NCBI GenBank assembly: GCA_964247055.1
Contig: OZ176054.1
Coordinates: forward strand, 4,650,001-4,714,000
Direction of reading: 5' to 3'
DNA length: 64,000 bases
Source of the DNA: Paragordius varius
Taxonomy: Eukaryota; Animalia; Nematomorpha
This document shows positions 37,801-52,800 of this stretch, piece by piece (the first letter of the stretch is position 1; every line of letters begins with the position of its first letter). Under the pieces are notes generated by a model, which made no database searches, was not told where the DNA came from, and was given only the letters and a program-made list of their open reading frames with translations. Made by a program: the position numbers and the translations under genes.

Positions 37801-40800
37801 TAATTGTTGAAAAGTGATGGTTGATTGTTGGATATTCTAATATTAGCATGGGTGATATAAATTAATTGTTGAAAAGTGATGGTTGATTGTTGGATATTCT
37901 AATATTAGCATGGCTAATATAAATTGATTGTTGAAAAGTGATGGTTGATTTTTGGATATTCTAATATTAGCATGGGTATAATAAATTAATTGTTGAAAAG
38001 TGATGGTTGATTGTTGGATATTTTAATATTAGCATGGGTAATATAAATTAATTGTTGAAAAGTGATGGTTGATTGTTGGATATTCTAATATTAGCATGGG
38101 TAATATAAATTGATTGTTGAAAAGTCATGGTTGATTGTTGGATATTCTAATATTAGCATGGGTAATATAAATTGATTGTTGAAAAATCATGGTTGATTGT
38201 TGGATATTCTAATATTAGCATGGGTAATATAAATTGATTGTTGAAAAGTTATGGTTGATTGTTCGATAATCTAATATTAGCATGGGTAATATAAATTAAT
38301 TGTTGAAAAGTGATGGTTGATTGTTGGATATTTTAATATTAGCATGGGTAATATAAATTAATTGTTGAAAAGTGATGGTTGATTGTTGGATATTCTAATA
38401 TTAGCATGGGTAATATAAATTGATTGTTGAAAAGTCATGGTTGATTGTTGGATATTCTAATATTAGCATGGGTAATATAAATTAATTGTTGAAAAGTGAT
38501 GGTTGATTGTTGGATATTTTAATATTAGCATGGGTAATATAAATTAATTGTTGAAAAGTGATGGTTGATTGTTGGATATTCTAATATTAGCGTGGGTAAT
38601 ATAAATTGATTGTTGAAAAATCATGGTTGATTGTTGGATATTCTAGCATGGGTAATGTAAATTGATTGTTGAAAAGTCATAATTGATTGTTGGATATTCT
38701 AATATTAACATGGGTAATATAAATTAATTGTTGAAAAGTCATAATTGATTGTTGGATATTATAATATTAGCATGGGTAATATAAATTAATTGTTGAAAAG
38801 TGATGGTTGATTGTTGGATATTCTAATATTAGCATGGGTAATATAAATTGATTGTTGAAAAGTCATGGTTGATTGTTGGATATTCTAATATTAGCATGGG
38901 TAATATAAATTGATTGTTGAAAAATCATGGTTGATTGTTGGATATTCTAATATTAGCATGGGTAATATAAATTGATTGTTGAAAAGTTATGGTTGATTGT
39001 TCGATAATCTAATATTAGCATGGGTAATATAAATTAATTGTTGAAAATTGATGGTTGATTGTTGGATATTTTAATATTAGCATGGGTAATATAAATTAAT
39101 TGTTGAAAAGTGATGGTTGATTGTTGGATATTCTAATATTAGCATGGGTAATATAAATTGATTGTTGAAAAGTCATGGTTGATTGTTGGATATTCTAATA
39201 TTAGCATGGGTAATATAAATTAATTGTTGAAAAGTGATGGTTGATTGTTGGATATTTTAATATTAGCATGGGTAATATAAATTAATTGTTGAAAAGTGAT
39301 GGTTGATTGTTGGATATTCTAATATTAGCGTGGGTAATATAAATTGATTGTTGAAAAATCATGGTTGATTGTTGGTTATTCTAGCATGGGTAATGTAAAT
39401 TGATTGTTGAAAAGTCATAATTGATTGTTGGATATTCTAATATTAACATGGGTAATATAAATTAATTGTTGAAAAGTCATAATTGATTGTTGGATATTAT
39501 AATATTAGCATGGGTAATATAAATTGATTGTTGAAAAGTCATAATTGATTGTTGGATATTCTAATATTAACATGGGTAATAGAAATTAATTGTTGAAAAG
39601 TTATGGTTGATTGTTGGATATTCTAATATTAGCATGGGTAATATAAATTAATTGTTGAAAAGTGATGGTTGATTGTTGGATATTCAAATATTAGCATGGG
39701 TAATATAAATTAATTGTTGAAAAGTGATGGTTGATTGTTGGATATTCTAATATTAGCATGGGTAATATAAATTGATTGTTGAAAAGTCATGGTTGATTGT
39801 TGGATATTCAAATATTAGCATGGGTAATATAAATTGATTGTTGAAAAGTGATGGTTGATTGTTGGATAGTCTAAAATTAGCATGGGTAATATAAATTGAT
39901 TGTTGAAAAGTCATAATTGATTGTTGGATATTCTAATATTAGCATGGGTAATATAAATTGATTGTTGAAAAGTCATGGTTGATTGTTGGATATTCAAATA
40001 TTAGCATGGGTAATATAAATTAATTGTTGAAAAGTGATGGTTGATTGTTGGATATTCTAATATTAGCATGAATAATATAAATTGATTGTTGAAAAGTCAT
40101 GGTTGATTGTTGGATATTCAAATATTAGCATGGGTAATATAAATTGATTGTTGAAAAGTTATGGTTGATTGTTGGATAATCTAATATTAGCATGGGTGAT
40201 ATAAATTAATTGTTGAAAAGTGATGGTTGATTGTTGGATATTCTAATATTAGCGTGGGTAATATAAATTGATTGTTGAAAAATCATGGTTGATTGTTGGA
40301 TATTCTAATATTAGCATGGGTAATGTAAATTGATTGTTGAAAAGTCATAATTGATTGTTGGATATTCTAATATTAACATGGGTAATATAAATTAATTGTT
40401 GAAAAGTTATGGTTGATTGTTGGATATTCTAATATTAGCATGGGTAATATAAATTGATTGTTGAAAGTCATGGTTGATTGTTGGATATTCTAATATTAGC
40501 ATGGGTAATATAAATTGATTGTTGAAAAGTGATGGTTGATTGTTGGATATTCTAATATTAGCATGAATAATATAAATTGATTGTTGAAAAGTCATGGTTG
40601 ATTGTTGGATAATCTAATATTAGCATGGGTAATATAAATTGATTGTTGAAAAGTTATGGTTGATTGTTGGATAATCTAATATTAGCATGGGTGATATAAA
40701 TTAATGGTTGAAAAGTGATGGTTGATTGTTGGATATTCTAATATTAGCATGGGTAATATAAATTGATTGTTGAAAAATCATGGTTGATTGTTGGATATTC

Positions 40801-43800
40801 TAATATTAGCATGGGTAATATAAATTGATTGTTGAAAAGTTATGGTTGATTGTTGGATAATCTAATATTAGCATGGGTAATATAAATTAATTGTTGAAAA
40901 GTGATGGTTGATTGTTGGATATTCTAATATTAGCATGGGTAATATATATTGATTATTGAAAAGTCATGGTTGATTGTTGGATAATCTAATATTAGCATGG
41001 GTGATATAAATTAATTGTTGAAAAGTGATGGTTGATTGTTGGATATTCAAATATTAGTATGGGTAATATAAATTGATTGTTGAAAAATCATGGTTGATTG
41101 TTGGATATTCTAATATTAGCATGGGTAATATAAATTGATTGTTGAAAAGTCATAATTGATTGTTGGATATTCTTATATTAACATGGGTAATATAAATTAA
41201 TTGTTGAAAAGTGATGGTTGATTGTTGGATATTCTAATATTAGCATGGGTAATATAAATTGATTGTTGAAAAGTTATGGTTGATTGTTGGATAATCTAAT
41301 ATTAGCATGGTTAATATAAATTAATTGTTGAAAAGTGATGGTTGATTGTTGGATATTCAAATATTAGCATGGATAATATAAATTGATTGTTGAAAAGTTA
41401 TGGTTGATTGTTGGATATTCTAATATTAGCATGGGTAATATAAATTAATTGTTGAAAAATCATGGTTGATTGTTGGATATTCTAATATTAGCATGGGTAA
41501 TATAAATTAATTGTTGAAAAGTGATGGTTGATTGTTGGATATTCTAATATTAGCATGGGTATGAAAGTGATGGTTGATTGTTGGATATTCTAATATTAGC
41601 ATGGTTAAAATAAATTTATTGTTGAAAGTGATGGTTTATTGTTGGATATTCTAATATTAGCATGGGTTATATAAATTGATTGTTGAAAGTGATGGTTGAT
41701 TGTTGGATAATCTAATATTAGCTTGGGTAATATGAATTGATTGTTGAAAAGTGATGGTTTATTGTTGGATATTCTAATATTAGCAGTGATGGTTGATTGT
41801 TGGATATTCTAATATTAGCATGGGTAAAATAAATTTATTGTTGAAAGTGATGGTTGATTGTTGGATATTCTAATATTAACATGGGTAATATAAATTTAGT
41901 GTGTAAAAGTGATGGTTGATTGTTGGATATTCTAATATTAGCATGGTTAAAATTAATTTACTGTTGAAAAGTGATGGTTGATTGGATGTTCTATTAGCAT
42001 GGGTAATATAAATTGATTGTTGAAAAGTGATGGTCGATTGTTGGATTTTCAAATACTAGCATGGGTTATATAAATTGATTGTTGAAAGTGATGGTTGATT
42101 GTTGGATATTCTAATATTAGCTTGGGTAATATGAATTGATTGTTGAAAAGTGATGGTTGATTGTTAGATATTCTAATATTAGCATGGGTAAAATAAATTT
42201 ATTGTTGAAAGTGATGGTTGATTGTTGGATATTCTAATATTAGTATGGGTAATATATATTTAGTGTGTAAAAGTGATGGTTGATTGTTGGATATTCTAAT
42301 ATTAGCATGGGTAATATAAATTGATTGTTGAAAAGTGATGGTTGATTGTTGGATATTCTAATATTAGCATGGGTAATATAAATTGATTGTTGAAAGTGAT
42401 GGTTGATTGTTGGATATTCTAATATTAGCATGGTTAAAATTAATTTACTGTTGAAAAGTGATGGTTGATTGGATGTTCTATTAGCATGGGTAATATAAAT
42501 TGATTGTTGAAAAGTGATGGTCGATTGTTGGATATTCAAATATTAGCATGGGTTATATAAATTGATTGTTGAAAGTGATGGTTGATTGTTGGATATTCTA
42601 ATATTAGCTTGGGTAATATGAAGAGATTGTTGAAAAGTGATGGTTGATTGTTGGATATTCTAATATTAGCATGGGTAAAATAAATTTATTGTTGAAAGTG
42701 ATGGTTGATTGTTGGATATTCTAATATTAGCATGGGTAATATAAATTTAGTGTGTAAAAGTGGTGGTTGATTGTTGGATATTCTAATATTAGCATGGGTA
42801 ATATAAATTGATTGTTGAAAAGTGATGGTTGATTGTTGGATATTCTAATATTAGCATGGGTAATATAAATTGATTTTTGAAAGTGATGGTTGATTGTTGG
42901 ATATTCTAATATTAGCATGGTTAAAATTAATTTACTGTTGAAAAGTGATGGTTGATTGGATGTTCTATTAGCATGGGTAATATAAATTGATTGTTGAAAA
43001 GTGATGGTCGATTGTTGGATATTCAAATATTAGCATGGGTTATATAAATTGATTGTTGAAAGTGATGGTTGATTGTTGGATATTCTAATATTAGCTTGGG
43101 TAATATGAATTGATTGTTGAAAAGTGATGGTTGATTGTTGGATATTCTAATATTAGCATGGGTAATATAAATTGATTGTTGAAAGTGATGGTTGATTGTT
43201 GGATATTCTAATATTAGCATGGGTAATATAAATTTAGTGTGTAAAAGTGATGGTTGATTGTTGGATATTCTAATATTAGCATGGGTATAAATTGATTGTT
43301 GAAAGTGATGGTTGATTTTTGGATATTCTAATATTAGCATGGTTAAAATTAATTTACTGTTGAAAAGTGATGGTTGATTGGATGTTCTATTAGCATGGGT
43401 AATATAAATTGATTGTTGAAAAGTGATGGTCAATTGTTGGATATTCAAATATTAGCATGGGTTATATAAATTGATTGTTGAAAGTGATGGTTGATTGTTG
43501 GATATTCAAATATTAGCTTGGGTTATATAAATTGATTGTTGAAAAGTGATGGTTGATTGTTTTATATTCTAATATTAGCATGGGTTATATAAATTGATTG
43601 TTGAAAAGTGATGGTTGATTGTTGGATATCCCAATATTAGCATGGGTAATATAAATTGAATGTTGAAAGTGATGGTTTATTGTTGGATATTCTAATATTA
43701 GCATGGTTAAAATAAATTTATTGTTTAAAGTGATGGTTGATTGTTGGATATTCTAATATTAGCATGGTTAAAATAAATTTATTGTTGAAAGTGATGGTTG

Positions 43801-46800
43801 ATTGTTGGATATTCTAATATTAGCGTGGTTAAAATTAATTTACTGTTGAAAAGTGATGGTTGATTGGATGTTCTATTAGCATGGGTAATATAAATTGATT
43901 GTTGAAAAGTGATGGTCGATTGTTGGATATTCAAATATTAGCATGGGTTATATAAATTGATTGTTGAAAGTGATGGTTGATTGTTGGATATTCTAATATT
44001 AGGTTGGGTAATATGAATTGATTGTTGAAAAGTGATGGTTGATTGTTGGATATTCTAATATTAGCATGGGTAATATAAATTGACTGTTGAAAGTGATGGT
44101 TGATTGTTGGATATTCTAATATTAGCATGGGTAATATAAATTTAGTGTCTAAAAGTGATGGTTGATTGTTGGATATTCTAATATTAGCTTGGGTAATATA
44201 AATTGATTGTTGAAAGTGATGGTTGATTTTTGGATATTCTAATATTAGCATGGTTAAAATTAATTTACTGTTGAAAAGTGATGGTTGATTGGATGTTCTA
44301 TTAGCATGGGTAATATAAATTGATTGTTGAAAAGTGATGGTCGATTGTTGGATATTCAAATATTAGCATGGGTTATATAAATTGATTGTTGAAAGTGATG
44401 GTTGATTGTTGGATATTCAAATATTAGCTTGGGTTATATAAATTGATTGTTGAAAAGTGATGGTTGATTGTTGGATATTCTAATATTAGCATGGGTAATA
44501 TAAATTTAGTGTGTAAAAGTGATGGTTGATTGTTGGATATTCTAATATTAGCATGGGTTATATAAATTGATTGTTGAAAAGTGATGGTTGATTGTTGGAT
44601 ATCCCAATATTAGCATGGGTAATATAAATTGATTGTTGAAAAGTGATGGTTGATTGTTGGATATTCAAATATTAGCATGGGTTATATAAATTGATTGTTG
44701 AAAAGTGATGGTTGATTGTTGGATATCCCAATATTAGCATGGGTAATATAAATTGATTGTTGAAAGTGATGGTTTATTGTTGGATATTCTAATATTAGCA
44801 TGGTTAAAATAAATTTATTGTTTAAAGTGATGGTTGATTGTTGGATATTCTAATATTAGCATGGTTAAAATAAATTTATTGTTGAAAGTGATGGTTTATT
44901 GTTGGATATTCTAATATTAGCATGGGTTATATAAATTGATTGTTGAAAGTGATGGTTGATTGTTGGATATTCTAATATTAGCTTGGGTAATATGAATTGA
45001 TTGTTGAAAAGTGATGGTTTATTGTTGGATATTCTAATATTAGCAGTGATGGTTGATTGTTGGATATTCTAATATTAGCATGGGTAAAATAAATTTATTG
45101 TTGAAAGTGATGGTTGATTGTTGGATATTCTAATATTAGCATGGGTAATATAAATTTAGTGTGTAAAAGTGATGGTTGATTGTTGGATATTCTAATATTA
45201 GCATGGGTATTATAAATTTATTGTTGAAAAGTGATGGTTGATTGTTGGATATTCTAATATTAGCATGGGTAATATAAATTGATTGTTGAAAGTGATGGTT
45301 GATTGTTGGATATTCTAATATTAGCATGGTTAAAATTAATTTACTGTTGAAAAGTGATGGTTGATTGGATGTTCTATTAGCATGGGTAATATAAATTGAT
45401 TGTTGAAAAGTGATGGTCGATTGTTGGATATTCAAATATTAGCATGGGTTATATAAATTGATTGTTGAAAGTGATGGTTGATTGTTGGATATTCTAATAT
45501 TAGCTTGGGTAATATGAATTGATTGTTGAAAAGTGATGGTTGATTGTTGGATATTCTAATATTAGCATGGGTAAAATAAATTTATTGTTGAAAGTGATGG
45601 TTGATTGTTGGATATTCTAATATTAGCATGGGTAATATAAATTTAGTGTGTAAAAGTGGTGGTTGATTGTTGGATATTCTAATATTAGCATGGGTAATAT
45701 AAATTGATTGTTGAAAAGTGATGGTTGATTGTTGAATATTCTAATATTAGCATGGGTAATATAAATTGATTGTTGAAAAGTGATGGTTGATTGTTGAATA
45801 TTCTAATATTAGCATGGGTAATATAAATTGATTGTTGAAAGTGATGGTTGATTGTTGGATATTCTAATATTAGCATGAATAATATAAATTGATTGTTGAA
45901 AAGTCATGGTTGATTGTTCGATATTCAAATATTAGCATGGGTAATATAAATTGATTGTTGAAAAGTGATGGTTGATTGGATGCTCTATTAGCATGGGTAA
46001 TATAAATTGATTGTTGAAAAGTGATGGTCGATTGTTGGATATTCAAATATTAGCATGGGTTATATAAATTGATTGTTGAAAGTGATGGTTGATTGTTGGA
46101 TATTCAAATATTAGCTTGGGTTATATAAATTGATTGTTGAAAAGTGATGGTTGATTGTTGGATATTCTAATATTAGCATGGGTAATATAAATTTAGTGTG
46201 TAAAAGTGATGGTTGATTGTTGGATATTCTAATATTAGCATGGGTTATATAAATTGATTGTTGAAAAGTGATGGTTGATTGTTGGATATCCCAATATTAG
46301 CATGGGTAATATAAATTGAATGTTGAAAGTGATGGTTTATTGTTGGATATTCTAATATTAGCATGGTTAAAATAAATTTATTGTTTAAAGTGATGGTTGA
46401 TTGTTGGATATTCTAATATTAGCATGGTTAAAATAAATTTATTGTTGAAAGTGATGGTTGATTGTTGGATATTCTAATATTAGCATGGTTAAAATTAATT
46501 TACTGTTGAAAAGTGATGGTTGATTGGATGTTCTATTAGCATGGGTAATATAAATTGATTGTTGAAAAGTGATGGTCGATTGTTGGATATTCAAATATTA
46601 GCATGGGTTATATAAATTGATTGTTGAAAGTGATGGTTGATTGTTGGATATTCTAATATTAGCTTGGGTAATATGAATTGATTGTTGAAAAGTGATGGTT
46701 GATTGTTGGATATTCTAATATTAGCATGGGTAATATAAATTGATTGTTGAAAGTGATGGTTGATTGTTGGATATTCTAATATTAGCATGGGTAATATAAA

Positions 46801-49800
46801 TTTAGTGTGTAAAAGTGATGGTTGATTGTTGGATATTCTAATATTAGCATGGTTAAAATTAATTTACTGTTGAAAGGTGATGGTTGATTGGATGTTCTAT
46901 TAGCATGGGTAATATAAATTGATTGTTGAAAAGTGATGGTCGATTGTTGGATATTCAAATATTAGCATGGGTTATTTAAATTGATTGTTGAAAGTGATGG
47001 TTGATTGTTGGATATTCTAATATTAGCTTGGGTAATATGAATTGATTGTTGAAAAGTGATGGTTGATTGTTGGATATTCTAATATTAGCATGGGTAATAT
47101 AAATTGATTGTTGAAAGTGATGGTTGATTTTTGGATATTCTAATATTAGCATGGTTAAAATTAATTTACTGTTGAAAGGTGATGGTTGATTGGATGTTCT
47201 ATTAGCATGGGTAATATAAATTGATTGTTGAAAAGTGATGGTCGATTGTTGGATATTCAAATATTAGCATGGGTTATTTAAATTGATTGTTGAAAGTGAT
47301 GGTTGATTGTTGGATATTCTAATATTAGCTTGGGTAATATGAATTGATTGTTGAAAAGTGATGGTTGATTGTTGGATATTCTAATATTAGCATGGGTAAT
47401 ATAAATTGATTGTTGAAAGTGATGGTTGATTGTTGGATATTCTAATATTAGCATGGGTAATATAAATTTAGTGTCTAAAAGTGATGGTTGATTGTTGGAT
47501 ATTCTAATATTAGCTTGGGTAATATAAATTGATTGTTGAAAGTGATGGTTGATTTTTGGATATTCTAATATTAGCATGGTTAAAATTAATTTACTGTTGA
47601 AAAGTGATGGTTGATTGGATGTTCTATTAGCATGGGTAATATAGATTGATTGTTGAAAAGTGATGGTCGATTGTTGGATATTCAAATATTAGCATGGGTT
47701 ATATAAATTGATTGTTGAAAGTGATGGTTGATTGTTGGATATTCAAATATTAGCTTGGGTTATATAAATTGATTGTTGAAAAGTGATGGTTGATTGTTGG
47801 ATATTCTAATATTAGCATGGGTAATATAAATTTAGTGTGTAAAAGTGATGGTTGATTGTTGGATATTCTAATATTAGCATGGGTTATATAAATTGATTGT
47901 TGAAAAGTGATGGTTGATTGTTGGATATCCCAATATTAGCATGGGTAATATAAATTGATTGTTGAAAAGTGATGGTTGATTGTTGGATATTCTAATATTA
48001 GCATGGGTAATATAAATTGATTGTTGAAAAGTGATGGTTGATTGTTGGATATTCAAATATTAGCATGGGTTATATAAATTGATTGTTGAAAAGTGATGGT
48101 TGATTGTTGGATATCCCAATATTAGCATGGGTAATATAAATTGATTGTTGAAAGTGATGGTTTATTGTTGGATATTCTAATATTAGCATGGTTAAAATAA
48201 ATTTATTGTTTAAAGTGATGGTTGATTGTTGGATATTCTAATATTAGCATGGTTAAAATAAATTTATTGTTGAAAGTGATGGTTTATTGTTGGATATTCT
48301 AATATTAGCATGGGTTATATAAATTGATTGTTGAAAGTGATGGTTGATTGTTGGATATTCTAATATTAGCTTGGGTAATATGAATTGATTGTTGAAAAGT
48401 GATGGTTTATTGTTGGATATTCTAATATTAGCAGTGATGGTTGATTGTTGGATATTCTAATATTAGCATGGGTAAAATAAATTTATTGTTGAAAGTGATG
48501 GTTGATTGTTGGATATTCTAATATTAGCATGGGTAATATAAATTTAGTGTGTAAAAGTGATGGTTGATTGTTGGATATTCTAATATTAGCATGGGTAATA
48601 TAAATTTATTGTTGAAAAGTGATGGTTGATTGTTGGATATTCTAATATTAGCATGGGTAATATAAATTGATTGTTGAAAGTGATGGTTGATTGTTGGATA
48701 TTCTAATATTAGCATGGTTAAAATTAATTTACTGTTGAAAAGTGATGGTTGATTGGATGTTCTATTAGCATGGGTAATATAAATTGATTGTTGAAAAGTG
48801 ATGGTCGATTGTTGGATATTCAAATATTAGCATGGGTTATATAAATTGATTGTTGAAAGTGATGGTTGATTGTTGGATATTCTAATATTAGCTTGGGTAA
48901 TATGAATTGATTGTTGAAAAGTGATGGTTGATTGTTGGATATTCTAATATTAGCATGGGTAAAATAAATTTATTGTTGAAAGTGATGGTTGATTGTTGGA
49001 TATTCTAATATTAGCATGGGTAATATAAATTTAGTGTGTAAAAGTGGTGGTTGATTGTTGGATATTCTAATATTAGCATGGGTAATATAAATTGATTGTT
49101 GAAAAGTGATGGTTGATTGTTGGATATTCTAATATTAGCATGGGTAATATAAATTGATTGTTGAAAGTGATGGTTGATTGTTGGATATTCTAATATTAGC
49201 ATGGTTAAAATTAATTTACTGTTGAAAAGTGATGGTTGATTGGATGTTCTATTAGCATGGGTAATATAAATTGATTGTTGAAAAGTGATGGTCGATTGTT
49301 GGATATTCAAATATTAGCATGGGTTATATAAATTGATTGTTGAAAGTGATGGTTGATTGTTGGATATTCTAATATTAGCTTGGGTAATATGAATTGATTG
49401 TTGAAAAGTGATGGTTGATTGTTGGATATTCTAATATTAGCATGGGTAATATAAATTGATTGTTGAAAGTGATGGTTGATTGTTGGATATTCTAATATTA
49501 GCATGGGTAATATAAATTTAGTGTGTAAAAGTGATGGTTGATTGTTGGATATTCTAATATTAGCATGGGTAATATAAATTGATTGTTGAAAGTGATGGTT
49601 GATTTTTGGATATTCTAATATTAGCATGGTTAAAATTAATTTACTGTTGAAAAGTGATGGTTGATTGGATGTTCTATTAGCATGGGTAATATAAATTGAT
49701 TGTTGAAAAGTGATGGTCGATTGTTGGATATTCAAATATTAGCATGGGTTATATAAATTGATTGTTGAAAGTGATGGTTGATTGTTGGATATTCAAATAT

Positions 49801-52800
49801 TAGCTTGGGTTATATAAATTGATTGTTGAAAAGTGATGGTTGATTGTTGGATATTCTAATATTAGCATGGGTAATATAAATTTAGTGTGTAAAAGTGATG
49901 GTTGATTGTTGGATATTCTAATATTAGCATGGGTTATATAAATTGATTGTTGAAAAGTGATGGTTGATTGTTGGATATCCCAATATTAGCATGGGTAATA
50001 TAAATTGATTGTTGAAAGTGATGGTTTATTGTTGGATATTCTAATATTAGCATGGTTAAAATAAATTTATTGTTTAAAGTGATGGTTGATTGTTGGATAT
50101 TCTAATATTAGCATGGTTAAAATAAATTTATTGTTGAAAGTGATGGTTGATTGTTGGATATTCTAATATTAGCATGTTTAAATTAATTTACTGTTGAAAA
50201 GTGATGGTTGATTGGATGTTCTATTAGCATGGGTAATATAGATTGATTGTTGAAAAGTGATGGTCGATTGTTGGATATTCAAATATTAGCATGGGTTATA
50301 TAAATTGATTGTTGAAAGTGATGGTTGATTGTTGGATATTCTAATATTAGCTTGGGTAATATGAATTGATTGTTGAAAAGTGATGGTTGATTGTTGGATA
50401 TTCTAATATTAGCATGGGTAATATAAATTGATTGTTGAAAGTGATGGTTGATTGTTGGATATTCTAATATTAGCATGGGTAATATAAATTTAGTGTGTAA
50501 AAGTGATGGTTGATTGTTGGATATTCTAATATTAGCATGGGTAATATAAATTGATTGTTGAAAGTGATGGTTGATTTTTGGATATTCTAATATTAGCATG
50601 GTTAAAATTAATTTACTGTTGAAAGGTGATGGTTGATTGGATGTTCTATTAGCATGGGTAATATAAATTGATTGTTGAAAAGTGATGGTCGATTGTTGGA
50701 TATTCAAATATTAGCATGGGTTATTTAAATTGATTGTTGAAAGTGATGGTTGATTGTTGGATATTCTAATATTAGCTTGGGTAATATGAATTGATTGTTG
50801 AAAAGTGATGGTTGATTGTTGGATATTCTAATATTAGCATGGGTAATATAAATTGATTGTTGAAAGTGATGGTTGATTGTTGGATATTCTAATAGTAGCA
50901 TGGGTAATATAAATTTAGTGTCTAAAAGTGATGGTTGATTGTTGGATATTCTAATATTAGCTTGGGTAATATAAATTGATTGTTGAAAGTGATGGTTGAT
51001 TTTTGGATATTCTAATATTAGCATGGTTAAAATTAATTTACTGTTGAAAAGTGATGGTTGATTGGATGTTCTATTAGCATGGGTAATATAAATTGATTGT
51101 TGAAAAGTGATGGTCGATTGTTGGATATTCAAATATTAGCATGGGTTATATAAATTGATTGTTGAAAGTGATGGTTGATTGTTGGATATTCAAATATTAG
51201 CTTGGGTTATATAAATTGATTGTTGAAAAGTGATGGTTGATTGTTGGATATTCTAATATTAGCATGGGTAATATAAATTTAGTGTGTAAAAGTGATGGTT
51301 GATTGTTGGATATTCTAATATTAGCATGGGTTATATAAATTGATTGTTGAAAAGTGATGGTTGATTGTTGGATATCCCAATATTAGCATGGGTAATATAA
51401 ATTGATTGTTGAAAAGTGATGGTTGATTGTTGGATATTCTAATATTAGCATGGGTAATATAAATTGATTGTTGAAAAGTGATGGTTGATTGTTGGATATT
51501 CAAATATTAGCATGGGTTATATAAATTGATTGTTGAAAAGTGATGGTTGATTGTTGGATATCCCAATATTAGCATGGGTAATATATATTGATTGTTGAAA
51601 AGTCATGGTTGATTGTTGGATATTCTAATATTAGCATTGGTAATATAAATTGATTGTTGAAAAGTCATGGTTGATTGTTGGATATTCTAATATTAGCATT
51701 GGTAATATAAATTGATTGTTGAAAAGTGATGGTTGATTGTTGGATATCCCAATATTAGCATGGGTAATATATATTGATTGTTGAAAAGTCATGGTTGATT
51801 GTTGGATATTCTAATATTAGCTTGGGTAATATGAATTGATTGTTGAAAAGTGATGGTTGATTGTTGGATATTCTAATATTAGCATGGGTAAAATAAATTT
51901 ATTGTTGAAAGTGATGGTTGATTGTTGGATATTCTAATATTAGCATGGGTAATATAAATTTAGTGTGTAAAAGTCATGGTTGATTGTTGGATATTCTAAT
52001 ATTAGCATGAGTAATATAAATTGATTGTTGAAAGTGATGGTTGATTGTTGGATATTCTAATATTAGCATGGGTTATATAAATTGATTGTTGAAAGTGATG
52101 GTTGATTGTTGGATATTCTAATATTAGCTTGGGTAATATGAAGAGATTGTTGAAAAGTGATGGTTGATTGTTGGATATTCTAATATTAGCATGGGTAAAA
52201 TAAATTTATTGTTGAAAGTGATGGTTGATTGTTGGATATTCTAATATTAGCATGGGTAATATAAATTTAGTGTGTAAAAGTGGTGGTTGATTGTTGGATA
52301 TTCTAATATTAGCATGGGTAATATAAATTGATTGTTGAAAAGTGATGGTTGATTGTTGGATATTCTAATATTAGCATGGGTAATATAAATTGATTTTTGA
52401 AAGTGATGGTTGATTGTTGGATATTCTAATATTAGCATGGTTAAAATTAATTTACTGTTGAAAAGTGATGGTTGATTGGATGTTCTATTAGCATGGGTAA
52501 TATAAATTGATTGTTGAAAAGTGATGGTCGATTGTTGGATATTCAAATATTAGCATGGGTTATATAAATTGATTGTTGAAAGTGATGGTTGATTGTTGGA
52601 TATTCTAATATTAGCTTGGGTAATATGAATTGATTGTTGAAAAGTGATGGTTGATTGTTGGATATTCTAATATTAGCATGGGTAATATAAATTGATTGTT
52701 GAAAGTGATGGTTGATTGTTGGATATTCTAATATTAGCATGGGTAATATAAATTTAGTGTGTAAAAGTGATGGTTGATTGTTGGATATTCTAATATTAGC

